Source: Catajapyx aquilonaris (lineage: Eukaryota). From it: a stretch of 49,169 bases of DNA. Under the pieces are notes generated by a model. The model saw only the letters and a program-made list of their open reading frames with translations, was not told the DNA's origin and ran no database searches. The position numbers were made by a program, and so were the translations under genes. Where the stretch lies: contig JYFJ02004234.1 in NCBI GenBank assembly GCA_000934665.2, forward strand, positions 1-49,169. Reading direction: 5' to 3'. Every line of letters begins with the position of its first letter. Positions within the stretch are counted from its first letter, which is position 1. Shown piece after piece: positions 36,321 through 48,859 of the stretch.

Positions 36321-37388
36321 GCTTCAACATAGTATAACTATTAACACTTCATTGCTATAGAATGTTATTTTAACTGTTTGTAAGGATTAACTTATTAATC
36401 ACGAACAAGGAAAACTAGGTGAAAATTTCATAATTAGGCTACATCTGTTCCGACTTATGCAATGCACAAGAACCGTCTAAATTGCGGCAATGAATATATG
36501 CATTGCGGGGAACCGCAAATTTTCTTCCGGAATTAATTATGTCCACGACCCCGAGAGCGTTTACATTCTTGGACCGTACATATACGCTGCACTGGTCTTT
36601 CCACTCAGATGGCCATGGTTATCGTCGTGACTTGGCCATTAGCAGGAGTCGGGAGGAGATAGGGCATGGTGTACGGCCGGGTGGGGTATGCTGGGGAGTG
36701 GGAAGTGGGAGGGGGAGATCGGCTCATCCTTTTTACGTAGGCACGTGAAGTGTACGTGTGAGATGCGGAGGATAGGAAGGACTCGGGATGGAATCCCGGA
36801 TAAGAAGTGTCCTCAGGCCCAACAGACCAATGACCACTCGCTGCTTACTGCCAAAGAGAAAGTGAAGAAGACACGGAGAGAGCGGATGAGGAAAAGGAAA
36901 GGCTGTACCACCAATAAAACGCGTATTTAGCACGTGTCTGGGTGCCCATCAACATAATTCGGCAGGACTTCTGCTAACTCAACATATTTCTGTAGCATTT
37001 AATACTAAAAGCAATATTACTACCATAACCCGAAGTGTCACGTCGCCTGTGCTACAACATGTTGCGTCTGAACAGGTTTGGCCTTTTGCGAAATCGAAAT
37101 GGCAAGATCTCCCCGTATAACTCGGTGCAGTCACACTTAAAAAGCGCGGCAAAAACCGAGCTGATTTGCGAATAAGGAGTGGATGAGCCCGCCCTGAAGT
37201 CGTGACGAGTGAAGGTTGGTCCAAATCGACGTTGTCTCCCAGGTGACTTAAGACACACCGGGTGCACTACTACTCCCCGGCCCCCTTTTAGTCAAGGGCG
37301 CTTCTTATTGTCGCAATCGCCTGGTCTTGGCTTGTCTTCAAAAAGAGCGGGTTTTTCGGGCCAGGACTGCAACTCGATACGGACCTGT

Positions 37389-37391
<3 letters not shown>

Positions 37392-37440
<49 letters not shown>
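37392..37440. repeat. (CT)n microsatellite
   Basis: Read directly. Confidence 0.95.
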
Positions 37441-37443
<3 letters not shown>

Positions 37444-39339
37444 CGTCTTGGCTGATTTTTTTTTGTTTCATTTCGATGTTCGCGATTCCTGACCTACGCG
37501 AAACGGTTTGATTCCAACGTGTCCATTTGTCCTTGCAAATGAGACGCAAATTGCGCAATAACTGAGCTCTTCGGGCAGATTTGTGCTGAATTGCGGTGAC
37601 GGAAAACGTGGCACTTTGCAGATTCTTAGAGGATGTACCGGTATCATAGCCATTACTTGCTCGTATTTTATGTCCGATTTCCGTGGTGTTACACCGACAA
37701 GCAAATAGAGGGTATAATCAAGTTCATATGTACTGTAGATGGCTGAAATGAAGAACGTGCACAGTCGCATATCGGTATCATAATACCGTATGGGCTGTTT
37801 GAAAAAAATTCAGACAGATCTCCTGAGAACTGTAACTGATCTACTAGAAAACTGTATTGACCAATAATATAGCAAGTACGCCTGGAGGAATACGTGAATT
37901 TTTTTAAATGCCTAACTCTATTCCGACAAAAATGTGACTCTGATCCTTTGAATTCCTAATTATTTATTTTTCCAAACATGGCTGGCGCCATCCTAAAAGT
38001 ACCGGTACGTAAAATCGACCCTGCTGGCCTAATGCTTGAAACAGTTAAAGGCCTAACCTGGATTTGCAAAATGAGAATAACGTCGTGAGCATCATTTATA
38101 GTTTTTAGAGAAAGGTCTTCATCGTGATGACTTCTTCACTAATATACTAAGCTGCTCATGAGCATATGTCCAGACACCTGCTGGATTCCGGGCTTGACTC
38201 ACGTCAGAACTTTCCGTGCAGGTGATTATGTGACTAAAATAAGGGCCATTAATAATATGGACGTTTTGTAACATAACTTACGCCTTGTTTATGTCCAAAG
38301 AATGAGTACCTGAGAGGATTTAAGGAATACATTGAAATCTTTCGTGATTTATAGAGGTGGTTTAAAAGAATGCAGCTAAGGTGTCGTCCATAAAGTACTC
38401 AAGGCCACCTTGCTGGTTTTATGTTTTACTCCCCCTCCCCCCTCCCCATGTCACTCACAATCACGCTGGGCCAGACCCACCTCCGAAACATCCGTCACGC
38501 TGTTGTGGAATTTCCTTCCACTTTCAGGGCTCTCCCGCCACAAAGTTATTTTCTTGACGGGTGTTTCATAAGGTCCGACAAACTTCTCTGGGGGAACTCC
38601 TGGACACCAGTGTATCACTTTATGTAGAGGTTTCGTTTAGTCTGCGCAGCCTAGTTACCAAGATAATCGTCTATTTATCATGTCGTAAGACACATCCTGA
38701 GAGGTTTGCACCCCACCACACTCGACACGCATCCGAAAATATCCGTTTTCTATTCCACATATGATGTGGTCCACGGTGTAAATGAAAACTGCATGGTAAC
38801 ATGGCCTTCCACTGCCCCGTAAACTATATGTGCATGTCCGCCATCTCCTCCTAATTAAAACGTTGCATCGTGTGGTACTCGCGTGCACCACTATCACAAC
38901 TGAATAGTGGTATGTCATTATCGCCGCAAGTAAAACGTTTGTGGGCCCGAAGCGACTGTCAAACGCATAGCACAGCTGATTGACACAGCGTTCGTCCAGA
39001 GTTGGTGTCCTTGCCAAGACATAGGCAGGCAGAACTTTCCAGTTTTAGCACTAGTCTAATCTTAATCGTAAGGGGTATAAGGGCCTGTGCAACATTATGT
39101 ATTCAATACATAACCCGACATAACCCACTATTTTTTGCTTAATTCGAATCCATACAACCGGGCCTAAGACTACAACTAATGATACAACCGCATGTGCGTA
39201 GACCCCTGAAAGGCTAAGTACAAATCATGAAAATAATTGACAGAAGATATAATCTGACCATTCTTGGCAACTACCGACTCCTCCCCTGCGGTGGACGTGA
39301 GGTCCAGGAGTATACTCTCTGTCAGTGAATATGGTGGGG

Positions 39340-39830
39340 TCTGATGGCTGATGCTGGCACCTGCCAAGAATGCCTAAATGAGTACACATTCGCGATTTTA
39401 AAATTACGGCCGTCGTCAACGCCGTTTTCCAAACGTCCCTGCCTTGATGCCACGCCTTGGCAGGGCAGCAATTTGAGGACCACCCTGGCCCGAGTATTAT
39501 TAAAATGCAATCCTGATCACAGCCGAACTGTTGACTCTGAGTGAAAGAGCAGCAGGGGGTCGATTACGTCATTAGTGTCACAGAAAACCGATGCCATTTC
39601 CCGGAGCGACTCGTTTTCGCCTTTCCCACGAGCAGGTGGCAACAATGAAGTGGATTCCTCTCGTGAATGTCCGTCTTGCTGGAAGGATGAGCCATCTTGG
39701 CCCTGAGATGGCACGCAGGGGTGTAGAAAAACCGGGCGTGCGAGGTGTGTCTCAGCGGGGGCCAAGGTGGTGTCCGTCGTACCTGAAGAAGGGTACAACT
39801 CCTCTCGGCCAGCCTAATTTGCATGTCGAT
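39340..39830 (-). pseudogene. Possible degraded APE-endonuclease fragment of a non-LTR retrotransposon
   Basis: Minus-strand translations give DTTLAPAETHL (compare D-I-x-x-L-Q-E-T-H) and, further downstream, GRNFKIANVYS (compare I-x-N-V-Y-A-P). The order is correct but the frames are broken. Confidence 0.25.
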
Positions 39831-42023
39831 GGGGGTCACACCTCCCCGATCGGTATACCTGGGAGAGTCGGCTATTTCGCACTGCCAAATTGTTTCAGAG
39901 AGAGAAAAGAGGAGTCGTGGCGCTGTTGGGAAGTCGTGACCAGGCTCTGTATACGGTCCATCAGGGTCCACTGGTCGCTTGTCACACCTCCATTTTCATG
40001 CGCAAGGGCGTTAAGAGGGACTTGACCAGAATAGATTGTGTCATAGAATGCCCATGGGAAAATCGCTGGCTGCCTTCTAAAGCAAACATCACGGAAGGTA
40101 CCCTCGTAACGGGTATTCGTCGCATATTCCAAAACAGTCACTCCTGTAATGGCTTTCTGCAACTGGTAGGCCGGAAATTATGGGACGGCTGCCACATGGA
40201 CATACAGTAATGAGTAATACAACAATTCAGAGAATTCTCGGGCAATCAACATCCTGATTTAAGCTCGCCAGATTCACATTAACCCTGATCAAGTCCTTCG
40301 GCATCACAAGTTGCAGTTAGTGAGAGACCAGGAGGAGGAGAGAGAAAAGAATAAAAAGAGAAAAGGGACGGTTGAAGGCTGATTGTCGAGACCCGTTTTC
40401 GTGAGGGAGTCGGCGATTATTAATTATTTGTACTTGTCCGGCGGCGGTGGCCTCTCGTGTTAATCTGCAGATTACATCCAGTAAATAAAGAAATGGAGGA
40501 GCTGCTCGGGGAGACACGAACGGTTCCGCTTGCTGATCACTTAGATTTTTTTCCCTGATCTCAAATACTTGCTCTTAGATAAACAGCCTGTTTTATGGCG
40601 AAAGAACAACGACCGAGTCCAAAGCATCAGCAGCGGCAGCCACTTGTGCCGACCGAATCGTTTACATGCTGCTTACCAGGCCCCCCAAAAATATATTCAA
40701 ATTAAGGGTATTACTATACATCAGACTTCTCAGGTTGAGTCGCCAAGTGCACACTGCTGAGTATATAATTATGCACTTATGAGATAGGGTTAGTTTTTCA
40801 TCCTACTATACAGTATAACGTTAGTAGGCTAGAATAGTTATTTAAAAGTTACCAGCATGGAAGCCTGCATTCATATATACTTGAGGTATACTTGTCTCCT
40901 AAAATAATTAAAAATAAAAATTATTATTGTTGTACAGCCTGCTCTAAACAACTGACTTCACGATGAATGATTCAATTACATATTTTACCTGACCGGAATT
41001 TGTTGTACAGTACAATAAGTAGGTGAGAGTATCATTCGTACAAATTAATGCCATAGTTGTGCACAACCTGGATTTTAACAATAAAAAAATCGGCGAAAAT
41101 TTTATTTATAATTAACACTGAGTTTGTACAGTGGATCAGTATCACGTCTAATTCATCTTCGACTCTGACTGTCCCATTGGTCCTCATTTGATTGCGCTTC
41201 GGGAGTGGTCGGATATACTGTAGATGCTTTGACGCCTTTGAGTCATGACTCTTCCCATCTCCGTATTAGATACACAGGCATTACAGTGCATCGGGAAGTG
41301 ACCTGGTATGCGGTGCAGCAGAGTTAGGCTATGGGAGTGGAAGGATCTATATAAGATGGCGACTTCGTGCTGACCTCACCCTGGGCTTGACTTGGCCCCA
41401 CCGGTGAAAGGTCAGCAGCATCCTCCTTCCTAACGACCTTTCTCTTTAGCTCGTTTCGCCGAGCAGGGTTCAACCAGAAAAATGGGGGTGAGGGGAAGGG
41501 GGGAGAGGGAGTGCACGACCAAAATTTATGATTGTTGTGTAGGCAGCTAGGCTCGCGGATAACTGTACCGCACACTTTATGTATGACAGCATATTTGAAT
41601 CAAGATTGCTATCCCGGACAATACGACCTACTTCATTGCTATATTATTTTGCGCTTAGAGTCATTCAGCCCCGCTCTTGCCAAGTTATATTTATGTAATA
41701 CTATGAGTGGACATTTTTATGGGGCTGTTATACATTGCAGTGGGCTCTGCCCTAAATACACAAACCATTTTAATGAATTAATGAATAAATAGTAATAAAT
41801 TAATTTATATGGAGACCAATATTCTATAGTACTCGTGTAGGATGTGTAGGTTTGTTGCCGCATATGCTACAAGATTTTGTTTAAAGTAATGCAAGCACAT
41901 TGCAATCAGTTTGTTAGTGTCCATGTGTACTGCTAATAATTTCACGCTATTGGATAGACCTATACTAATTCAATGTAATTAAATACTAATACTAATTACT
42001 ATACTATATCCTAGGCCTATACC

Positions 42024-42274
42024 AAAACACTGGTCGCAGCACAATACCCGTATATATTTGTCATTTGACTAGAGGCCCCCGCCAGAGGATATAACGACTT
42101 TTACGTCAATTTAACGACTATTTTAAAGTTAATTTAACGTCAAGATATTATGTATCATTGAGACGTTAAAAAGTCGTGAAATTAACGTAAAAGTCGTTAA
42201 AATAAATCCAGGATCCTCTGGCGGTGGCCTCTATAGTCAAATATATACGGGTATTGTGCTGGGACCAGTGTTTT
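42024..42274. mobile_element. Fold-back MITE
   Basis: AAAACACTGGTCGCAGCACAATACCCGTATATATTTG..TAGAGGCCCCCGCCAGAGGAT is mirrored by ATCCTCTGGCGGTGGCCTCTA..CAAATATATACGGGTATTGTGCTGGGACCAGTGTTTT. Internal TAACGAC repeats. Confidence 0.85.
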
Positions 42275-42523
42275 CTAAAGTCTAAACTACTGAGGCATGT
42301 TTGGTTGTTTTTTTTGTGGAGTATTTTTTGTGCTCCTGAAAGGACCAAAATCGTTCAGAAGTAATACGAATTATGTTGCTATGACATGTATGTGCAGGAA
42401 GGCGGTTCCAATCACAGGAAAAGCTAGAAGAATATTTGGTAACATATACTGTGCAAGTGGAAACGGGCTGTAATCAACGAAGCAAGTATCATTTGCTCTG
42501 GACTGTACCAGTCCAGCGCAAAT

Positions 42524-42530
42524 AATAATA

Positions 42531-42592
<62 letters not shown>

Positions 42593-42917
42593 CGTAGGGG
42601 TAGTGCTTTTCACCTTATCGGTACCTTCGCAAGGACCTTTATTATTACTCAATTGTACATTACATGTATGTACAGTTGTACACATTTGGAACCATTTGCG
42701 AAAGGCTCGGGCCCACGGGCAGGATGACAGGAGGGAATGTGCAAAGTGCAGTGCAGTCGTTGCTAATGTCATTTTGTGAACTCCCCCGGGTAGATTAGTC
42801 TAAGGAAATTCTACCCGAGACGAAGCTGGAGATGGCCCAAACTCTGCACGAGATGAAGGGGGAACCCCGGGCTGGGATCGAACCCAGGACCGTTACCGCA
42901 GCGCCACTCCTCCCTTA
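42524..42917 (-). mobile_element. tRNA-derived SINE, family A, copy 2, with a long (ATT)n tail and ~15-bp TSD
   Basis: B box at 42874-42884; body matches 10965-11293; (AAT)n at 42521-42593. TSD CAGTCCAG(C/A)GCAAAT at 42509-42523 and 42918-42932. It interrupts a short palindrome whose ends are 42479 and 42944. Confidence 0.85.
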
Positions 42918-43665
42918 CAGTCCAGAGCAAATGGTACTTGCTTCACTTTGTCTTTTGCCCAAGTTTTGTGATTTCCTGTCAGTTTATCGTTGTTCTTCGG
43001 TTTTTGATCTGGTTTGTGTGCTTATATTTATACTTTAGGCCTATAAAATTTGTCTAGCTTTTTAATTTTCTGCAACATTATCATCCATACGACCGACAAG
43101 TTAAGGTTTTTGTGCTTATCTAAGGTTTTTCGGGCCTAAATATTCGGACTCTAATGATGAGGGGCCAATTGTTGTGAAATATTCAATTAAACTGGCATTA
43201 ATGTATTAGAAAAAATGGGCAGTGAATCAGTTAAGTAAGAAAAAACACAAAATAGTGATCAGATAAAAGGTTGTCCTGTCGTCTTTTTAATTTGTGTAAA
43301 TCTGTAGCTTGGACATGGATCTGACACTTTTTATGGCTGATTTTTTACACGGTTGTTAATGTCTCTTTATCTGGGCCAATGGGGACTCGTTTGGTCCATG
43401 GCTTAGTAGTCCAATCTCCTGACCCATCGACCCTCCCCAGTACTTATCTCCTGGCAATGGCAAGCCCCTTTCCTTCTTCGGAAACTGGCATTGTTTGACA
43501 ACCTATTCTATTCCTTTTATTTAATCATCTGTTGACAAAGAAGTCGCCGAGGAGTCCCCGTAAAATAGCCATGATTATTCTATTACAAATTGCCACTTGC
43601 TTGCGTGTTGCGTAAAACAATGGAATAAACTGGAGCCGTCAGTGTGGCAATAATTAATTATTATT

Positions 43666-44062
43666 AGGCCCGATTTCTCGAACAGTGCTGTGGTTCAAAT
43701 GTAAACCCGGTTCAAGTCCGGTTTAAACCCAGCTCAGAGACTCTGAACTGGGTTTAAACCGGACTTGAACAGGGTTTACATTTGAAGAGCACAGGGGAAA
43801 AACGGGGAATGTCCAATTCCGTTGGGGTTCCTGCCAAGTGCACAGTACAATAGTAGCATAGGTGACACTTATACCTGGAGGCTTTCCATGATGGGTACAA
43901 GGGTGACAGTTGCATATAATGACGTGAAGATATCCCTATTATTCTTTAGACACGTGAAGAAATAAAGCTATTTCTTCGATTTTTCATGGACATTTTTTGT
44001 GTGACATTCCCCGTTTTTCCCCTGTGCTCTTCATTTGAACCACTGTTCGAGAAATCGGGCCT
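43666..44062. mobile_element. Harbinger-like hairpin MITE interrupted by a second element
   Basis: AGGCCCGATTTCTCGAACAGTG / CACTGTTCGAGAAATCGGGCCT. The hairpin core GTTCAAGTCCGGTTTAAACCCAG..CTGGGTTTAAACCGGACTTGAAC is centred near 43739. Confidence 0.85.
43784..44032. mobile_element. Nested TIR element, Sola- or Mutator-like (superfamily ambiguous)
   Basis: Perfect TIR GAAGAGCACAGGGGAAAAACGGGGAATGTC / GACATTCCCCGTTTTTCCCCTGTGCTCTTC. ATTT on both sides (43780-43783, 44033-44036). Confidence 0.85.
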
Positions 44063-47000
44063 TCTTATTAGAAGAGTCTGACTTTTTTGGCTCAAAAATC
44101 CCCAACATGGTTCTTAAAAGTATTTTAAAATAGGAAGTAAAACTAATATCATTATAGATATCACTAATATTAGAACCCATTTTTTGCAGGATGAAAAGGA
44201 TGGGTCCACGCAACCTAATATTACCAGCTAATACTTTTGATAATTACAAAAATAACAGAATTGTAAGAGTCATTTGTGAACGTACAGTACCTAACTGTAG
44301 ATGGCACTTTATATTTATTTGCGCGAACATTTACTTGTATAAGCATCGTTAAAATTCCCTTTTTACCCTAAAATTTCCGTTACGGAATGAGATTAGCATG
44401 CAATTATCCCGGAGACACACTGTTAATGAAATGATGGATGACTCTGCGAGTATGGCCTGATGGAAGCTGTTACACGGGGGCAGACAGGGGGATGTTCTTG
44501 CCCCGGGGACAAAACGGTGAGAAATGGGTCATTTCGAGGAGTAAAGGGCAGTGAGTGCGGTTGCACCCCCAGGCCTCTCATCTCACCCACCTTTCTGATG
44601 ATCATGATTGAACAAGATGGCGATCAGGGCATGCATTAAGGCGTGATGGGCCTCTAAAACGACTGGTCCTTTTTTTCTCTTCCTTCGTCTTACTCAAACC
44701 GGGTATCTTCTTAGCCCAGATACGCAGCAGACTCGGGAACGGCAAAAAGGGTTGGGTCAGGTCGCGTTCTCACGCCCCATATGACTTGTTACATGGGTGT
44801 CTTCTGCATGATGGGGCGAGACCTTCCATCTTTATTCTCTTCTGTCGTGTCCCAAACGAAGTGCCTTCATTACCTGCCTGCTCATCGCCTCCAGCTATAG
44901 AAAGTAGGAAGAACGTATAAGTACATCAGGACACCAAATTGAAATGAAGAAGAAAAAAAAATAGGACGTTGGAATTAGTAGACAAAACCAGCATAAATGC
45001 AGATGGGTCCAGTATGATTTTTCATTAATGCAGTCTTTCCGGAATTTTGCAACGAATTTTGGTTAATTTTATTGTAAACCTGCCTGGGGATATTGGAGTT
45101 CCACAATCGCCTTTGACCAATGTTTGCACTTGGTTGTGAACCAACCTACCAGCCGCAGTAAATTGATATAAAGACAAGTCCCACGCCAAAGAGAACAACA
45201 CTCGCAGATGTTTATCACAAGCACAGAGTGCCACAAAAAACAACGGTGGGATGTACAGTAGCTGCTTGGTAAATAAGCGTGAGGAAAAGGATAATTACCC
45301 GAATTCATGGTCATCCACATATTTCCCAGGGCCTAGGATTGTCGCCTTTGTCGGTGTCTGATGGCGTTTTTTTTTTCTTTACGGAATAAGTAGGGGGTCT
45401 TTTCACGCAATGCAAAATACCGACACATGACGCACCCAAAAGAAGAAGGTTAAGTAACGCACTCCTTCCCAGCTGACTGATAATGAATACTTTGCTCATG
45501 ATATAGGCCGGCCGGTGCCATATTACACAGGAGATATTTACGTACATATTATATTTCCCAATTATTCAATCACTGCACTTTTTGATGAATTTTGAAGAGA
45601 AAGCAGGAGAATCCAGAAATCTCATCTAGCAACAAGATAATATGTCGTAAATATAGTCTACTATCCACGTGAGAAATCATCATAGCCCATCCCGGAGATC
45701 GAACAAGGTCACTTAAGTAGCTGCCTATAAGAACCATTCTATACATAATGCCAAGAGCTCTTGATAATGCATAGTCTGTCCCTTACCAAAATTTAACCTA
45801 GCCGATATCTCGTTGCTATTCTGAATATGGCAAGCTGGTACCAGGCTAATGTGCATCTATCCTAACCTTGCGGTCATGCTGTAATGCCTCTTAACCTCAC
45901 TAATACAGTGATAACTATACTTTGTCAATACCTGTTACAAGCGAGTAATCCACGTTTTAATCTTTGCAGTTATGATCTCGTACCAGTTTGCAATTGACAA
46001 GGTCAATTCTACGTAGGGCATGTTGTATGAACTGTTATTTACGGAGTTATCTGTAGTTTACTTAATATAGACTAAGAAATTCCACCCTCAACTAATGTTC
46101 GTACAACTGGCCCTTAGTGAAACCGTTGTGTCTGATTCGTGTGACGTACTGGCCAGTGGCTATATATCTAGTTGGCATCACAACTAGTTCGTCATTAATG
46201 GTTATTAGGTGCAGACAACCTATATATAGGGAACCCCTTTGTTTGCCGCCTTGTCGTGTAATGGTCAATAGTTATTTTACCCTCACAACCTTGACATCAT
46301 GTGATGGTAAATGACTGGGAGCGAATAACCTGTAGTGGAAAGGCGCAGTTTTCTTTGTGACAGATTGGTCAATGGCCATCTTGACCTCGCCTTTACATTG
46401 CCTTATTGCACATTTAACTGTTATTTAACACAATGTGAATGAATAGTGCTTTTGTTACATAGGATTTACACAATAAGTGTGCAGATAGTTATAGGTCAGA
46501 AAAGAAATAACCCAGTAATTTTGATATAAAATTCTACATTAGAATTAACTCTGGCATTGAACGGGGAAGATGTAACCAATGGGTGCACATGTCTCATGTC
46601 GCACACGGAGAACGAAAGCAGAATGCTGTATTGCACGCACAACTTGCAAATTCTATATGTGCAGTTTTTGCGATGTTGATGAAAAATATACTGTAGTATG
46701 TACTGTAGTTTCTTAGGCCTATATTCGATAGTAGTAGGTTCGATGTACAGTGTATGGGCATTTCACACTCTCACACCTGAGGAGTGTTGTGGGAAAACGT
46801 GACACGAACCCACAAAAGTGTATTTTTCTCAGGAGAGCATATTCAAGTTTGCACTCTCTTTACAGATCATATAGGGAATGGGGGTTACATGATATAGTCT
46901 GTGTTGCCGTCTCGTGCATGATACATGAACTTGGAGTATACCAAACTGCTTGTCATGTCTTTTACATATAGTTGCAAGGTGTTCAGGTTATAAATGACAA

Positions 47001-47703
47001 AAATGAGGGTTGACACGTTTTTCCACCACAAGCACCCCTCATTTTACTCCGCAGTTTTCGGCTGAATGGAAGCATTCCTTTAGGTTCTGAAGGAGCAATA
47101 ATAATGATTTTCTGAGAGTATGACATTGCGAGTGACCCCTGCACGGAACCCATGATCATCCTAAGTCAGAGTATGAACCCATTAGGCGATACAAGATGAG
47201 TCCATTCACCCTAATATTAGCCTAATAAAAGGAACTGCTTAGTGCCAAAAATCTCTCACTTAAATTGACAATTCAATAGTCACACCCCGTACTTTGTGTA
47301 TACCCTTCGACGTGTGTACCCAAAAAATGGCAGAAGGTGTAGAACCGCTTCCAATAAAAAGACTGCCGATGAGCTGAGCCGATATGCTCGAGCCACGTGA
47401 GGAAATGGCTCGTATCGTGACAGCCCGTCGGCCGCGTTTGAACTTGAATTGATCGAGCTTGAAAATGCCCGTTTCCACTAGAATAGTTGACAACACGTTT
47501 TTAGAGGGTGGGGATGAGTGGGTGCCGCCTTTTTATACCCACCTTCAGCGCCCCCGTCTGTTGTGGAAGCGGTAATCAGGCGCAAATCCTCGTTCCATCC
47601 ATTCATGCGCAGACTGCTGCGCATGACTCCGAAGAAGAAGAAGGTGAAGAAGGAGATGCTAAAAGAGGAGGGAGGATCTCATGTGTGATGGTACCTAGCC
47701 TAC

Positions 47704-47846
47704 CCTGTGCAGCACGAGATCTAGGCCTAAATTGCTGGAAAGCGTGGGAATTCCTGTGCGACTGGGAGGCGCCGTGGCCAGAAAAAGGGTTAGGTTTTCT
47801 GTTCAGAGCTGGATCCATGGCGCGTTTCTTGGGCCAAAAACCCGTC
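47704..47846 (-). CDS. Candidate exon of an unidentified minus-strand gene
   Basis: Minus strand: pyrimidine tract TTTTCTATCTCTCCAAG|G, open frame TGFWPKKRAMDPALNRKPNPFSGHGASQSHRNSHAFQQFRPRSRAAQ, donor G|GTAGGC. The internal ATG is in GCCATGG context. No homology recognised. Confidence 0.3.
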
Positions 47847-48388
47847 CTTGGAGAGATAGAAAATACAGGCGGCGCGGAACGGTCACGCTCACCACCACTA
47901 CCACCATCCCATCCTCTTGGACCCCAGACCAGACGACCCCACCCAAATCATAGCGTCATTGTCGCATGAAGCTCGTCACTCGCACAGCCAGCGAGATATG
48001 CGCCCCACATAGTCATATCTTACCAGCCTGGCAATCTACTCAATCACGTGGACGCACTCTCTCGTCACCTATCGCAGCCGAACACGCATATTAAATTTTC
48101 CGCCATGGGAGGTCAATCACTGGCCTATACCAGTGGCCGTAAAACAGTCCTGACATCATGCAACTTAAAATACATTTGTTTAACGGAACACCCCTTTCGG
48201 AAACTTCTGACACCACGAATTCTATGTGACCGGACTGGTACACATAAGAATAGCATGTGGGTTGGGTTTCAGACACGTTGATTTAGCTATGTATAGGTAT
48301 CGGCTAGGAGAGCTTTAGGAAAGGTGTATGAAGGAAGGATGTGACCAAAATCGGCCTCGAGTGCGAAGCAGAGATTAATAAAATTATC

Positions 48389-48859
48389 CAGGGTGAAGGG
48401 ATATTGGCGCATAATCGCCATGTAGACTGATACTTGTAGTAGGCCTACTCGCAAAACTAATATAATATAGGGATGTGCAATTAGTTTTGCCGTTCGACCG
48501 TTGCGTAGTTAATGTGTACGGCGCCTTTAAAGTGTATAGAGTGTCAGATGGTCGAATATGAAGTAAACAACGACGAAGTGCACGGGTGTCACACCCGGAT
48601 TCTTACTCTGACGAGATTTTAATCGCCTATTACACATGGACAATTCGTTACGGACCCAAGGCCGGATTATTCGGAGGTCTTCGAGCTGACTTTTGCTTCT
48701 TTTAAACTGTAGGAGCGGATGTGACGTCATGAAACTTTGAAGGCGCCGTACGCATACGCAACGGCGCGGCGCGGCGCCCAAAACTAATTGCACATCCCTA
48801 TATGTATTCGTTTTGCGAGAACTCAGTCTATACCTATGCGCCAATATCCCTTCATCCTG
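48389..48859. mobile_element. Diverged mariner-type MITE with long TIRs
   Basis: CAGGGTGAAGGGGATATTGGCGCATA..ATAGGGATGTGCAATTAGTTTTG..GTACGGCGCCTT is mirrored by AAGGCGCCGTAC..CAAAACTAATTGCACATCCCTAT..TATGCGCCAATATCCCTTCATCCTG|TA. Confidence 0.8.

Noticed and set aside
37292..37558. ORF with an (ER)n run
   Set aside because: It is a translation of the (GA)n microsatellite.
42371..42772. 133-aa ORF with poly-Ile
   Set aside because: It is a translation of the (ATT)n SINE tail.
44595..44615. Hammerhead ribozyme core CTGATGA (also at 18932 and minus-strand near 31163 and 20222)
   Set aside because: No correctly placed GAAA or closing stems could be built.
47704..47830. Resemblance of KRAMDPALNR..FSG to DH31/calcitonin-like neuropeptides
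   Set aside because: It lacks the conserved C-terminal GP-GRR amidation motif and most core residues, so it is likely coincidental.
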